Part shown: one piece after another, positions 37,576 through 51,100 of the stretch
Layout: each line of letters starts with the position of its first letter
How positions within the stretch are numbered: the first letter of the stretch is position 1
Source of the DNA: Basidiobolus meristosporus CBS 931.73
Lineage: Eukaryota > Fungi > Basidiobolomycota
Assembly: GCA_002104905.1 (NCBI GenBank)
Contig: MCFE01000529.1
Location: forward strand, 1-61,707
Direction of reading: 5' to 3'
DNA: 61,707 nucleotides
The notes under the pieces: generated by a model
What the model was told of the DNA's origin: nothing
Seen by the model: only the letters and a program-made list of their open reading frames with translations
The model's database searches: none
Made by a program: the position numbers and the translations under genes

Positions 37576-37641
37576 AGATTACATATTATTAAGATTCTCT
37601 GGAGTGAAGAATTGGAAACCTAATTATCAGATTTACCCTCT

Positions 37642-40196
37642 CCCTATGAAAAATGATTTGGTAACACAGGGGGATCCAATCAGGATGAGCAGTCAGCATC
37701 CCACAATGAAGCCATCATAACACCAGCAGCCCGGAATTATTGACCCTCTTCATGATCTTACTATTGGATTGTGATGGTGCTTTGCTGATTTTACCGCTAA
37801 ATAGGTTAGCAAACTTGATGGTGTTTCAGCAGTCCTTAAGGAGTATTTGCATGGCATTCTGATGTTAATATTGCAGTCTACACTTACTTGAGCAGACCCA
37901 GCCAGCCAGTAAAAGCAAATGCCATATATGGAAAGTAAAATGATGGCATTTGAAGGCCTTAATGTGGACATTTATTGAAATTATAATGGCACTACAGCAG
38001 CCTACAGTTAGTCCTATATAGTACTATCATACCAATCTACCAAATGGTATTTTTTTTGGCTACCTCCCCTTGCACTATATATCCTTTACTAGAATCTCCC
38101 CAAATTATTTGCTTACTACTATTATGGGTACTCCACATATAGCTCAAGTAAAAAATAACTATGGCTTCCAGCTTACTAACCTCTACATATATGCACATTT
38201 GCTGCAAATGATATGTTTCTATTGCCTAAACTTTCCAGTTTTTCAGTGTGATACTTCCAGAGCTGCCATGTACATTAGACTTGTTGTGCTGGATAGTGCC
38301 ACATTGAGAAATGCATGCCACATGGTGCTAGAGAAGCAAAGCAGATCTATACTTAGACACCAAGCATGAGTCACAGCTCTGCATCTTCAAGTAAAGCAGC
38401 CCCTGTGTTTCACCCACTGTGCTGGAGAAAATCCATTTTTTGACCTTTTCGTAGAGTTCAGTATTGTGCATGATGTGTAAGAGCACCAATAAACTTCAGA
38501 CATGTATTTGATACTCAATACCAATGGCACTCTGAATCAGCTCCAGAGGTTTGTAACATGTCACAAAAATATATGGCACTATTTTGGTCCACTGGTACTA
38601 ACTGGCACCATAAGTACTTTGCATAGATTTTACTCCAGGGCTAATAATTAAATATAGTGCCAGAGAGTAACAGTGGACCAAGATAGTGCCATATATTTTT
38701 GTGACATGTTACAAACCTCTGGAGCTGACTCAGAGTTCCATGGGTATTGAGTGCCAATGGCATGGCTGTAGTACTTCTGTGCTCTTACACTTCAAGCTCA
38801 ACATTGATCCCAAAAAAAAGGTTAAAAATGTGTTTTCTCCAGCACAGTGAGTGAAGTATAGGGTTACTTTGCTTGAGGATGCAGAACTATGCTTCACACT
38901 CTGTTATCATGTTTAGGCCTGCTTTGCCTCTCTGGCACACAATGGTACTATTTGGCTCTCATGGCTCAATGTGTCACTATCCAATGGAACAAATCTATTG
39001 CATTGCTGGTAACACAAACATTGTGCAAATATATGCTTGGTTGCCACCAGTTTTACCATGAGTACCTCTTGAATATCTGCAAAATCATTTGTAGTAATAA
39101 CCCTATGGAAAGTAATCTGGTCCTGCAAGTGGATCCAATCCAGATCAACTGTTGGGATCCTGCAATGAAGCTGTCATAATGCTGGCAGCTTAGAACTATT
39201 GACCCTCTACATAATTTTATGATGGAATTGCAATGGCATTTTGCCGAATTTTCTGCCAAATAAAGCTGAAAGCTTGACAGTATTTTAGCTGTTCTTAAGC
39301 AGCATTTGCATGGCATTCCAACAGTCTTATTGCTGTCTACACTTATTTAAGCAGACCCTACTGGCCACTACATGCAAATATCAGTTATGGAAAGTAGCTT
39401 GATAGTGCTTTGACAGCCTTAGTATGGATATCCATTGGCACTATAATGGCAGTAGAGTGGCCTACAGCCAGTACTGTGTAATGCTACTGTATCAATTTAC
39501 CAAATGGTATTACCTTTTAATACCTCCCCTTGTGCTGTTCTTGTACTCTATTGCAGAACATAACCAATATATTTGCTTACCCCCTACTACTATGGGTATT
39601 TCATTGGGAGCTGAAGTAAAAGAAAAGTATGGCCTCATACCTACCTACCTCAGCATAAATGCACACCAGCTGCAGTTAACACACTTCTGACACCTCAACT
39701 TTATGGCTTTTCAGTGTGCTACTTGCAAGTTGCCATATACCTTGTATGGCTGGTAGCATTGGCATGTAGCAAGCACCTCTATGAAAAATAATTTAGTCCA
39801 GCGGGTGGATCCAATCCAGATCAGCCATCAGGATACCATTTAGAGACCATCATTATACCAGCAGCTTGGAGCAAGTGACCCTTTTAACAATCTTATAACA
39901 GGATTACAACGGTGTATTGCTAATTTTACTACCAAAGAAAGGGATAAAACCTGACAAGATTTGATTGTTGCTGTGACAATAATTGCATGGCATTCTTGCG
40001 GTCTTTTTGTGCTCTACAACTATTTTAAGTGGATTCAACCAGCCAGGACATCCAATTACCTTATATGGCAAGAAACTTGACAGTATTTCAACATCATCAC
40101 AGCAAGACTCTGATGACATTATATTGGCAGTATGACAGCCTACAGCTGCTTCTGTAAAATGCCAGTGTGCCAATTTACCAAATGGTATTTCCTTTT
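37642..40196. mobile_element. Three head-to-tail truncated CMC left ends (starting 37642, 39101, 39777)
   Basis: Each starts with a C(C/T)CTATG(A/G)AA terminus followed by GGATCCAATC(C)AG-type subterminal sequence homologous to 20731 onward. Confidence 0.8.
38277..38996. mobile_element. Foldback MITE (720 bp) of the Pangu-like family, ATT target-site duplication
   Basis: AGACTTGTT...GGATAGTGCC at the left and CACTATCCAATGGAACAAATCT at the right. ATT lies on both sides (38274-38276, 38997-38999). The arms are inverted over most of the length, and the interrupted CMC sequence resumes after it. Confidence 0.88.
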
Positions 40197-43100
40197 CCCC
40201 ATGAAAGATTATTGAGATAATCCCATTGAAAGGCCATCACAAAGTAAAAGTCCTGTGATTAAGAGGTACAGATCTTGTTGGGACACCATCCAGAGACCAT
40301 TGAAAAATAATTGCATCCTAGATTTCACAAAAACTTAGTCAAAATTTTTCATCACAACAATTTATAAGTGGCCTTTGATTGGTTCCCTGCCAATTTGCAC
40401 ACTTTTTGATCCCAGACACTCTATCACCTCCTATGTTTGTGTGAGTTGATTGGCTATTGCCTCTTTTCACACTCCTTACTTCCTGACTCAACCGTTTCTC
40501 TTACTTTTTATGCATACAAATTGATTTATTTCTGTTGAAACTTCAGTTGTACCTCAATTGCCAATTGTATTGACCTATTCAAGTCTCTACACCCAACACT
40601 AACATTAAGCCCAACCCCACACTCAGCAACTAACTCCATTAAAATCCACCACTCAATAAGTATTTCTGCTGTAATGCTCTAGTTCCACAACTTTGGCAGG
40701 AACCCAACAGCTTTTTGCCACTGTTTGTTCACTGGTTCCCACATGTCCTGATCTTCAGCTGGCACTGCAAGGTCTAGCTCCTCATCTGCCAGTCTTTGCA
40801 ATAAGTCCTAGCAATATTCCAATGTGTATTCTTGAATACTGCTCTTGAAGAATTGCTGCAACCTCTTGGTGTTCCATTTAATGATCCAAAACTCCACTGA
40901 AGGCATTGTGATAGTCTTTGGAGCTCTTGACATTGTAGCCTTGTCTGTCAGTGGGATCTCCACTCTGTCAACAATGGAGGCTGTGGTAGACAAATTACCT
41001 TTTCAGCAAACTTATCTACCTTGCTGGAGTGTAGCTTAACTGGCTGTGCTTCCAACTCTTGTGAAAATAGCTGTTTTCTTGTGGGTAATTCTTCTCAGCT
41101 ATGATGGGATTCAGTCTGTTCCTGGCTTGTGGCATTAATTGGCATTAACTGCAGTTTCTTTTGCATACCTTCCTGTCTCAGGCTTGGGTAGACATTTTTC
41201 CCTTTACCTTTTCCTTTATCACTGCCAGGTCTTTCACTGCTACTTTGTCTGAGTGCTTCTTGTAAAGAACTATGTTTTCTCCTGGATAAATTCTGCTCTA
41301 ATGCATCTGTTTTGGTCTGCTTGTCCCTTGCAGGCACTCTTCTAGCAACTTGATGTTTCTTTTCCGCTTGTTTTGAGCTCTCAACTGTAGTTGTGACCAG
41401 CTCTTGTAAAAGCAGCCGGTTTTTATCACTGCCAGGTCCTTCACTGCTACTTTGACTGGGTGCTTCTTGAGTGGTACTAGCATTTTTCCTTGATAAGTGT
41501 TGCGCTGGTGCATCTGTGTCTGCCTGCTTGTCCCCAGTTGGCACATTTTCAGCTACCTGACATCTCTTTGATGCTTGTCCGGAGGTTTTGACCCTGCCAG
41601 GTGACAGGCTCTTGAGAAAGCTGCTGGTTATTAGCCATGACACCCTTGTTCTTCTGCCTTTGATAGTTTCTACTATTCTTAAGATACTTTCTTAGCATAC
41701 CAATGCTGGCCCAAATCTGTGTGCCCTTTTGAATACAGGATAATGCTCATGGAACAAGTCAAGTGCATTCTGCTTGACCTTGAGCTCCTGATGGTCCCAT
41801 GGTGTACCTGCATTAAGGCAATGGTGTGCTAGACTTCTGACAGCCTTTTGTAAATTAGCCCACTCTTCATTATTGCACTCAACAGCTTCACGGATCTTTG
41901 ATGTCTTTTGATTTTTAGACTTTGGTATAAACACCACATTGTCTCTCTCCCATGCTGTGATAGGTTTCTCTGTGGGCTTTATCTTTGGGCACTGTTGTTG
42001 TGCTTCAAAGACTGTAAAGTGTTTCTCTGCTGTTACATCAAGAAATGGCTCAATTCTTGGCTATGACATTGAGCTACTTGAGTTCCTTCTTTACAGCAAA
42101 GATACTGCTTTCTCTACATGGGATATTGATTGCTCTATACTTATTATCCACTTATCCTTTTCTGAACTATTTTCTGATTTCTGTGGGCCATTCCATTCAT
42201 CCTCTCAGCCACTGCACCTAATTGCTTCATTAAGGCTTTGATATGAGCAGACAACATACTTGTTAATATGGGTGGTGGTGATGTTATCATGGCCACTTGC
42301 TGGTCTGCAACTGGGGGTACTGCATTTGCTACATTCTCATCTGCCTGAGCCTAAGGGTCAGCTTGTGGCTCCACAGAGGTTCTCAATTGCCTACTTGACT
42401 GAGAGCCTGAGGAGTCTGCATTATTACCTTCAATGGGCACAATGCCCACAGGGCCTTTTTTGGATGTAGCCCTGCATGTTGCACTGAATGTCAAAGCAAG
42501 CTGCTGTCAAACTGTTCTTCTGTTGCTGTCAGCAGTGGGGTTTGGTTAAGAACCAGATGACTTTGCTTTATTTTTTGGCGGCATATATATGGAAGTGAGT
42601 CAAGCCAAAGGGGAAATAGTGCTACACATATGTGTGTACGTGGTGCCACAACTTTATTTATAATGCTTTCTATGGCAGGTAATCATTGATTCTTACATTC
42701 ATGTAGGTGCTATGTCTCAAATACAAGACTGTCTTAAGTTTGCATGAGTATTGACCAAAAAGTGATATAAGAGCATTATGTTGCTGAAGGTCAAATAGTT
42801 TGCCCCATGGACAAGACTACTTTGACTCAATGCCATAAGAGAAGAGAAAAAAAATCATGTGGCTATTGTGGCAAGCCTCTCAGCCATGAAGCATGCAGAC
42901 AGCATAGGAAGTATTACAAGGATCATGGTCAGTGTTTTGCCACCCAAGTCATATTTGACCATTCATAGGTCACTACTGTACCAACATTATCTTGCCAGCC
43001 AGTTGATACTTCTATATTGGCACCTGGCCTACTTTGTCACCTTGCTCAAACTGAGTCAGGTGAGTTTGTGACACCTTTAGGCTCACCTCAGCCTTTTGAA

Positions 43101-44480
43101 TATGGCACACAGAGTGACAGTTCTGACAAGGAGGGTTCACTGATGGATTTTGAAGATTTATTACTACTTCTTGCCAAAATCATACCAGGATGCAGCTTAC
43201 CATGTACATGGTACAAGTGGACAACCACTATGTGGCTGGCAACATATAATCCAGACACTGTCCTGATTCCAGCACCTGTTGATAGTTGCATGGCATTCAC
43301 ATGAAAAAATGCTACCATTGCAACATGTCCAAATTGTCAGGAATCCACCACCAATGAGGGAAAACATTGTTCACACTCTGGATATATTCCGGTCATACCC
43401 TGTCTGAGGGTGCTGATGCAGTGTGACAAATATTGCAAAGCTACACAGTACCACACTCAGTACTAATCAAGCACAAGTATATACAGTATATCTGATGGCA
43501 AGCATTACAAACAGCTAAGAAGCAAGGGCTACTTAGAAGGTATGTATGACCATGCCTTTGCTTTAGCACTTGATGGATTCTCATTAAGCAAGTACTCTAC
43601 CAGCATATCCTGCTGGCCACTGATTCTCATTAATCTGAATCTGCTGCCCATCCTACAGAGTAATAATCTAATGGTAGTCTCACTGCTATCTGGGCCTAAA
43701 TCACCATCCAACCCAGATAGCTACCTGTATCCATTGCTGGATGAATTTTGTATGCTTTCCAGCAGGATAACAGTAAATGGCCATCATGTAAAGTGCATAT
43801 TATTATCTGCATTGGAGATACCCCAGCCATTAGCAAGATAGCAGGTTTTTCCGGGCACAATAGATGGTATTGCTGTTGAATGTGTGAGATCCAGGGGACT
43901 TACTTGATAAGTCACAAACATTATCATTACCCAAATACCAGCACTACAAATATCATCTTTCCACAGAGAGAATGTATAGAAGTAAGTATGCAATTGCAGC
44001 AAAGTTGGCAAGCTATAAGCCATAGGCCGGAATATTGAATCAATAGGAGACCAGAGATACTTAAGATAGAGGGTATCTGTTGGAACAAAAGCTTTCCACT
44101 GGGAGCAATGCATTTTCTTTTCAACAATATCCCTATACCAATGACCATGTTGTTCATGGGGCATTTCAAGCTAAATGAGCCCTTAGAGATACCAGAGAAA
44201 TTTGAAAGAATTGGCAAGATATTACAGAATATCCACTACCCTAAGTACTTCTCACGGGCCTTAATTAATATTCATACACATATGCAGCAATACAAATGCA
44301 AAGACTGGATGAACTGGGTATGTATTTAATCAAGTGGTGTTCTAAAGCTATTCTTACCCAGAGTACATTGGAAGCATTGGGAGTCATATGTGAGCATTGT
44401 AGCAATATTTATCCAGAAGCAGACCACCAATGCCAACTTGATGCTGTGCTGGTGAATAGGTCCAAGGGAGAGATACATCC
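40197..44480. mobile_element. CMC copy B, inverted relative to copy A; right part lost
   Basis: Starts CCCCATGAAAG (the companion-side end). Companion gene on - (about 40500-42400), central intergenic region, transposase on + (about 42790-44480; ALALDGFSLSKY..SCWPLILINLNL). Confidence 0.85.
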
Positions 44481-44809
44481 AACACTTCTCAAGTGTTTTG
44501 TGTGTGGGGTGTTCACTGGGTGCAATAACCACTGGCAAAAGCTTGCTAGGAATACTTGGGTTCTGTCTCTAATCTAATGTGAATGGGAATTAAGCCACAA
44601 GCTTGTCAAAGGAAAACTATTGAGCTACAATCACCAACTTAGTTGGTGTCTTAACAAAAGTATGTGCTGGGTTCAGCATCCTTTGAGATGACAATGTACT
44701 AAAGCTTCAAAGTCAAAAGAACTGTAAACTCCACCTGCGGGGACTTGATAAGAATGCAGCTGTGGTCAAAATTCAGCTTTATCCTGGTAGTATAGCCACT
44801 CAAGTCCCA

Positions 44810-46692
44810 TAACAATATCTATGAATGAAAGCAGTAGATGTGCCAATTTTGGTGATCTGCTTCTGGATATGTATTTCTGCTATGTCAACATATGACTTCC
44901 AATGTACACTTGTAGAAATGGCTTCAGAAGGCCACTTGAATAAATACATATTTGATTCATACAGTCCTTGGACTTGTATTGTTTCTTATGAATATTGATT
45001 GGAGCCCATGAGATGTACTGTGGGTAGCAGATAATCTATAACATTTTGCCAAATCTGTCAAATATCTATGGTATCTCAAAGGGCTTATTCAGCTTGAATA
45101 CCCCATGTACAACTTGGTTGCCAGTAAAGGGATATTGTTGAAAAGCAAATGCATTGCTCCTAGTTGAAAGCTTTTGCTCCAGCAGATACCCTCTATCTTA
45201 AGTATCTCTGGCTACTGAAAACTACCATATGTTGACCAATGGCTGATAACTTGCTCACCTTCCTGCAATTGGGTGCTGACTTCTCTATGTTCTCTGTGTA
45301 GGATTATGATTTTCTTAGTATTGGTGTTTGGATAGTGCTAATGTGTATGAGTTATTCATTCAACTGCAACACATTCCATTTTGTCTGGAAAAGCTGAAAA
45401 TCTTGCTAATGGCTGGGGTATTTCTGACACAGATGGTAAACTGCTCTTTAACATGACAGCCATCTACTAGTATCCCACTGGAAAGCATGCATAATGGATT
45501 TGGCAATGAATACTATTGGCTATCTTGGCTGGATGGTGATTTAGGCCCAGATACCAGTGAGATTATCATGAGATTTCTGCCATGATATTGTTAGATAGGC
45601 AGTGGACTAAGGCTAGCAAGAATCAGTGGCCATCACGATTTGCTTGTAGAGTACTTGTTGAATGAGAATTTATCAAGTCCCAAGGCAAAACAACGAATGT
45701 ACATACCTTCAAAGTAGCCCTTGTTTCTAAGTTGTTTGCATTGTTTGCTATCAAATATATCAGAAATGCTTGCACACAATTAATGCAGAGTGCAGTACTT
45801 TATAGCTTCACAAAATTTGTTGGACTACGTGAGCTTCTTAAGATGGAGTATTATGGGAATATTTCTGGAGTGTGAACAATGTTTCTCTGCAATGGTAGTG
45901 GATTGCTGACAAGTTGGGTACCTTGCAATGGTAGCATTTTATATGTGAATGCCTTGAAACTGTTCACACATGTTGGTACCAGGAGAGTCTCAGGGCATAT
46001 GTTACCAGCCACAAGATGGTTGTTCATGTACTATGTACATACTAAGTTGCATCCTGGAATGATTTTAGCAAGAAGTAGGAGTTGTTCCACAGAGCCCCAT
46101 TACTGATATTAGTGGAAACGCACCACTTCTCTAGACACAACACAATATCATTTGCCAGTGATGGATTACTGGCTCACTTGGCACCATACAGTATTGTTGG
46201 CATCTTTTTCCACAGGCATTGTCTCATTGCATGTTGGGATTTTGCCACACTCATGCAGGGTACTACTGTTGGGAAGATAGACTCACAATCCATCAGTAAG
46301 CCAACTTCTTAAGAGTTATCACTCTATATGCCACATTCAGAAGGCAAAGTGGAGCCTAACAGCATCACAAACTCACTTGACTCAGCTTGCACATGGTAAC
46401 AAGTACAGCTAGGTGCTGTTATAGAGGTATCAAGTGGCTGGTAATGTATTGTTGGCACAGTATTGACCAATAAATGGTCAAACAAGACTTATGCAGCAAA
46501 ACACTGGCTGTGATCCTTGTAATACTTCCTAAGCTATCTGCATGCTTCAAATTGCAGAGGCTTGTCATGATAGATACATGATCTTTTTTCTTTTCTCTTA
46601 TGGCATTGAGTCAGAGTTGTCTTCTTCATGGGGCAAACTATTTGACATCCAACAATGTAATGCTATTATATCCCTTTTTTGTCAATATTCAT
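44810..46692 (-). pseudogene. CMC copy C: more diverged transposase fragment
   Basis: Colinear with about 21980-23610 of copy A (e.g. GCAAATGCATTGCTCC, GATACCCT.TATCTTAAGTATCTC). Confidence 0.8.
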
Positions 46693-46975
46693 CCCTATCA
46701 AAAATCATTGTGATGATCCCATCAAAAGGCCTTCACAAAGTTGAAGTCACGTGACTAAGAGGTACTGAACCCATCAGAACACTGTCCAGAGACCATTAAA
46801 AATAACTGCACCCCAGATTTCACAACAAACTTGGTAAAAATTTTCATCATAACAATGTATAAGTGGCTTTTGATTGGTTCCCTGTCAATTTGCTCACTTT
46901 TGGATCCTGGACACTCTACCACCCACATTTTTTGCATTGATTGGCTATTGCACCTTTTTAACATTCCTTGCTTCC
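46693..46975. mobile_element. Truncated CMC right-end fragment
   Basis: CCCTATCAAAAATCATTG...GATCCCATCAAAAGGCC is homologous to 40197 onward and 46976 onward. Confidence 0.8.
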
Positions 46976-49227
46976 CCCTATGAAAAATTACTGAGATGAT
47001 CCCGTCAAAAGGCTGTCACAACGCTAATGTCCCATGACTAAGAGGTACTGATCTTGTCAGGACACCGTCCAGAGACCATTGAAAAATAATTGCACCTCAG
47101 ATTTTACAAAAATCTTTGTCAAAATTTTTTGTCACAATGATGTATAAGTGGCTTTTGATTGGTTCTCTGCTAATTTGCTCACTTTCTGATCCCAGACACT
47201 CTATTGCCTCCTTTGTTTGTGTGAATTGATTGGCTATTGCCTCTTTTTCACACTCCTTACTTCATGACTCAACTGTTTCTCTTACTTTTCATGCATACAT
47301 ATTGATTTATTTTTGTTGAAAATTCAGTTGTACATCAATTCCCAATTGAATTGACCTATACAAGTCCGTATACCCTGCACTAACATTAAGCCCAACCCCA
47401 CACTCAACAAGTAACTCCATTAAAATCCACCACTCATTAAGTATTTCTGCTGTATTGCTCTGGTTCCACATCTTTGGCAGGAACCCAACAGCTTTATGCC
47501 ACTGTTCATTCACTGGTTCCCACATGCCTGGTCTTCAGCCAGCACTGCAAGGTCTAGCTCTTCATCTGCCAGTCTTTGCAATAAATTCTTGCAATGTTCT
47601 AGTGTCTTTTCTTGGGCACTGCTCTTGAAGAAGAGCTGCAACCACTTGGTGTGCCTATCAATGTTCCAAAACTCCACTGAAGGCATTGTGATAGTCTTTT
47701 GAGCACTTGACATTGTAGCCTTGTCTGTCAGTGGGATCTCCACTCTGTCAACAATGGAGGCTGTGGAGGCTGTGGAGGCTGTGGTAGATGAATTGCCTTT
47801 TTCAGCAAACTCATCTACCTTGCTGGAGTGTAGCTCCACTGGCTGTGCTTCCAACTCTTGTGAAAAAAGCTGTTTTCTTGTTGGTAATTCTTCTTGGCTA
47901 TGAAGGGATTCAGTCTGTTCCTGGCTTACGGTGTTAATTGGCAAGAACTGCAGTTTTTTTGCATGCCTCCCTGTCTCAGGCTTGGGTAGACATTTTTCCC
48001 TTTACCTTTTGCTTTATCACTGCCAGGTCTTTCACTGCTACTTTGTATGAGTGCTACTTGTCAAGAACTATGTTTTCTCCTGGATAAATTCTGCTCTGAC
48101 GCTTCTATTTTGGCCTGCTTGTCCCTTGCTGGCACTCTTCTAGCAACCTGATATTTCTTTTCAGCTTGTTTTGAGCTCTCAACTGTAGTTGGAACAGGCT
48201 CCTGTAGAAGTGGCTGGTTTTTATCACTGCCAGGTCCTTCACTACTACTTTGACTGGGTGCTTCTTGACTGGTACTACACTTTTTCCTTGATAAATGTTG
48301 TGCTGGTGCATCCATGTCTGCCTGCTTGTCCTTAATTGGTACTCCTCCAGCTGCCTGCCGTCTCTTTGGCACTTGTCTGGAGCTTTTGGCCCTGCTTGTA
48401 ACAGGCTCTTAAGGAAGCCACTGGTTTTTAGCCATGGCACCCTTGTTCTTCTACCTTTGATAGTTGCTGCTATTCTTAAGATACTAGACTTGTTCCATTG
48501 TACCATGCCAGGGTGCACAGCACAACCTGCGGTTGTAAAGAACAATTGGGTGCAATATAATAGCTACCAGTACGCAGGATTGTTCTTGGACAATTTTGCA
48601 CTATGTGTGACAATCTTGCACACTATGGCACAATCTGACACAGTGAGGTTGGCATGGATGATTGCACCAACTTGTAATGTTTGCATCACGTGCACAATTG
48701 GATACCACTATTATGGCAGGTAAAATCAGGTATTTGGATATGTTTCTTTAATGTAAATGGAAATAAATGTTTAACACACTATAAACTACACTGATACCTA
48801 CCATTTTGGCTACCATCACTCCAATTGGATGGTATCTCAGTAGTTAAGTGGTCCAAAAGTATCCTAAAGCTGGCAGCCCCCAATTGGCTCATTACTATTA
48901 AACAAGCTACCTGATTTGCCATCAAATATCCCATTTTGCCCATTGAGCAAGTATATCCCTGATACTAGTGATTGGACAAGGTGTCATAGCTAGCATGCAA
49001 GCAATTGGGTAGGTGCAAAACAGATCCATCAGCTGCACTGGTATTACAGATGATGTATACATATGCAGGGTGTTTATTTATGGGGGTTCTGTCTCAAATG
49101 TGAGATGACCTTGATATTACTTATATCAAAAATTTGATGATCACTGATTTGCAATTGCTCAATTTGGGTTGCAAAAAAAATGGGTTGTTGGGATCATTAC
49201 AAATAATAGCAATTCAAAGCAATCACA

Positions 49228-50283
49228 TCATCTTCTCCTGGGTTTTTTTCTCACAGGGATTACTACTGAAGCATTTGGTAGTGACTCACTTTGCACGCCT
49301 ATACTACTTCCTGGCTGACTATCATCTTGGCAACTTGTGTATTTGTAGTCAGTATTTTGCTTCCTAGTTGATGAGTGCAATGCTGCAGCTTGGCCGCAGT
49401 GAATTGCTCCAACTGAACCAACTGAATTGGCCTGGAGTGCTACGTGCTGATGCGTTCTTTTACTTGCCAAGGGCTCTGGTGGTTGAGGCACTTCATGTTG
49501 GTCATCATCAGTCAGTTCACCAGAAGTAACTTGCTGATGGTCAGGCAAAACAGCATGCGCAGGCACAACTTGATGTGTTGGGATGGCCCTTGGCTGAGTT
49601 TGGTGTGATGCTGCATGTTGACGCAACTTGGTCTGCTCCAATGGACTTGTGTCTATACGAGCAGTTTGGCAAGTTCTGGTAGTTTTGCTCTGAAGCACGT
49701 GCATTGACTTGATGCAGAGCATTCTGGTAAAGGGTGTTGGCATAGTCTGGACTGACATGCACCAGCGTGCTGTGGTTGCAAGAGATGGCAAGGAATCCAG
49801 CAAGGTGTGCTGGCGCAATCTGGACAATGTTGCTTGCAGTCTGTATTCTTCCTCCTGAAGCTCACCATCTGATTCCTCAAGGTATTCACTTACCCTCTGT
49901 CTGATACTTTGGAGCTGTTGCCTGGATGAGTCCTGTGTATATTGCTCTCAGAAGCCACTTAGCTCTACTAGTATATCACTTAGTACATTAGTCATTTGAG
50001 GCAGAAACTCATTCAAAATCTCTTTAGTTCCCAAAGTTGAGGCACAAACGGACGCATCCGGCCTGTGCTGTGCAAACTGCGCGCAAAATTGTTCCTGCAT
50101 GGCTTCTGCATCAAATCCTCTCACTCTCAGCTCATTCTTGATTTCAATGCTTGTCTTGTTATATATCTTCTTACATACATTGGCTGGCATCTTGATGTAG
50201 AACTCATCCCACAGCTTTCTACTCAAGTTGTACTCAAATTTTCTCATCAATCCCATTACTACCACTGGATTTCCTTTTGACAC
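49228..50283 (-). pseudogene. Second ORF of the Pangu-like element (about 350 aa, unknown function), one in-frame TGA at 49948-49950
   Basis: ORFs 49948-50283 and 49228-49827 join in frame through ...SGF*EQYTQDSSRQQLQSIRQRVSEYLEESDGELQEEEYRLQATLSRLRQH. It ends in the NLS-like sequence RKKPRRR. Confidence 0.7.
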
Positions 50284-51100
50284 ACTAGAGGAGATCTATT
50301 CCAAGTATTGTGGACCATCTACCTCAATCTACTCAAGGAGATCCCTTGTTAAGCTTCTCTGCTATTACAAGAACTATTGCCCTACAAGGTTTCATCCCAC
50401 CATTCATGGCAAAAAAAGTCCTAGAAGCTTTCATTCCCAGCTGACAGCAATGGAGAACCACCTTGCAGAGTGAATGAATGACTTAGAGCAAGCATGGAAT
50501 ACTAGGCTCAGAAGCTTCAATAGATTTCCATATCCCAGAGAGTTCAGCAACAAGTTGCATATCAGGAGTATTTTGGATACCTTCCCAGTGAGGATTAACA
50601 GACCTTCTAGAGGGCAGAGGCACTTTTATTCTGGCAAGTACAAGGCACACTGTGTGAAGTTTCAAGCACTGTCTGACATTGAGGGTAACATCATCTGGTT
50701 TAGTGGGCCATTTGCTGGAAGTAGGCATGTCAAAGCACTCTGGGTAGAGAATCATCCTGAATTCAGTAGAGGGGAGAATTGTATCGCAGACTCAGCCTAC
50801 ATAGAAGAGGATTGTCACAGATTAGGATGTATTACAGCTTATAGGAAGCCAAGGAATGGTGTGCTTAGCAGGAAGCAGAAGCTCTACAATGAGATATTTA
50901 ATCATTTCAGTGTGAGGGTTGAGCATACATTTGGATATCTGAAGAGATTCAGCATATTGGCAGGTAAATACAGAGGAAAGTCATATATAGGAGAAAACAG
51001 CAGAATAGGTAATATAGTTTAGATACTTATCAACACACATTATATTCATACAAGAGGACATCCACTGAGAGAAATGTGTCTGGAGCAGTATGAAGAGTAA
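50228..51100 (+). pseudogene. DDE_Tnp_4-type (Harbinger/IS5-like) transposase with two in-frame stops (50471-50473, 51020-51022)
   Basis: ILDTFPVRINRP, FYSGKYKAHCVKFQ, SGPFAGSRH, IADSAY and RVEHTFGYLKRFSIL. Confidence 0.88.

Noticed and set aside
37642-47000. Recurrent CCCTATGAAA/GGATCCAATCCAGAT units as a CRISPR-like array
   Set aside because: Spacing is irregular at kb scale, the context is eukaryotic, and the units are transposon termini.
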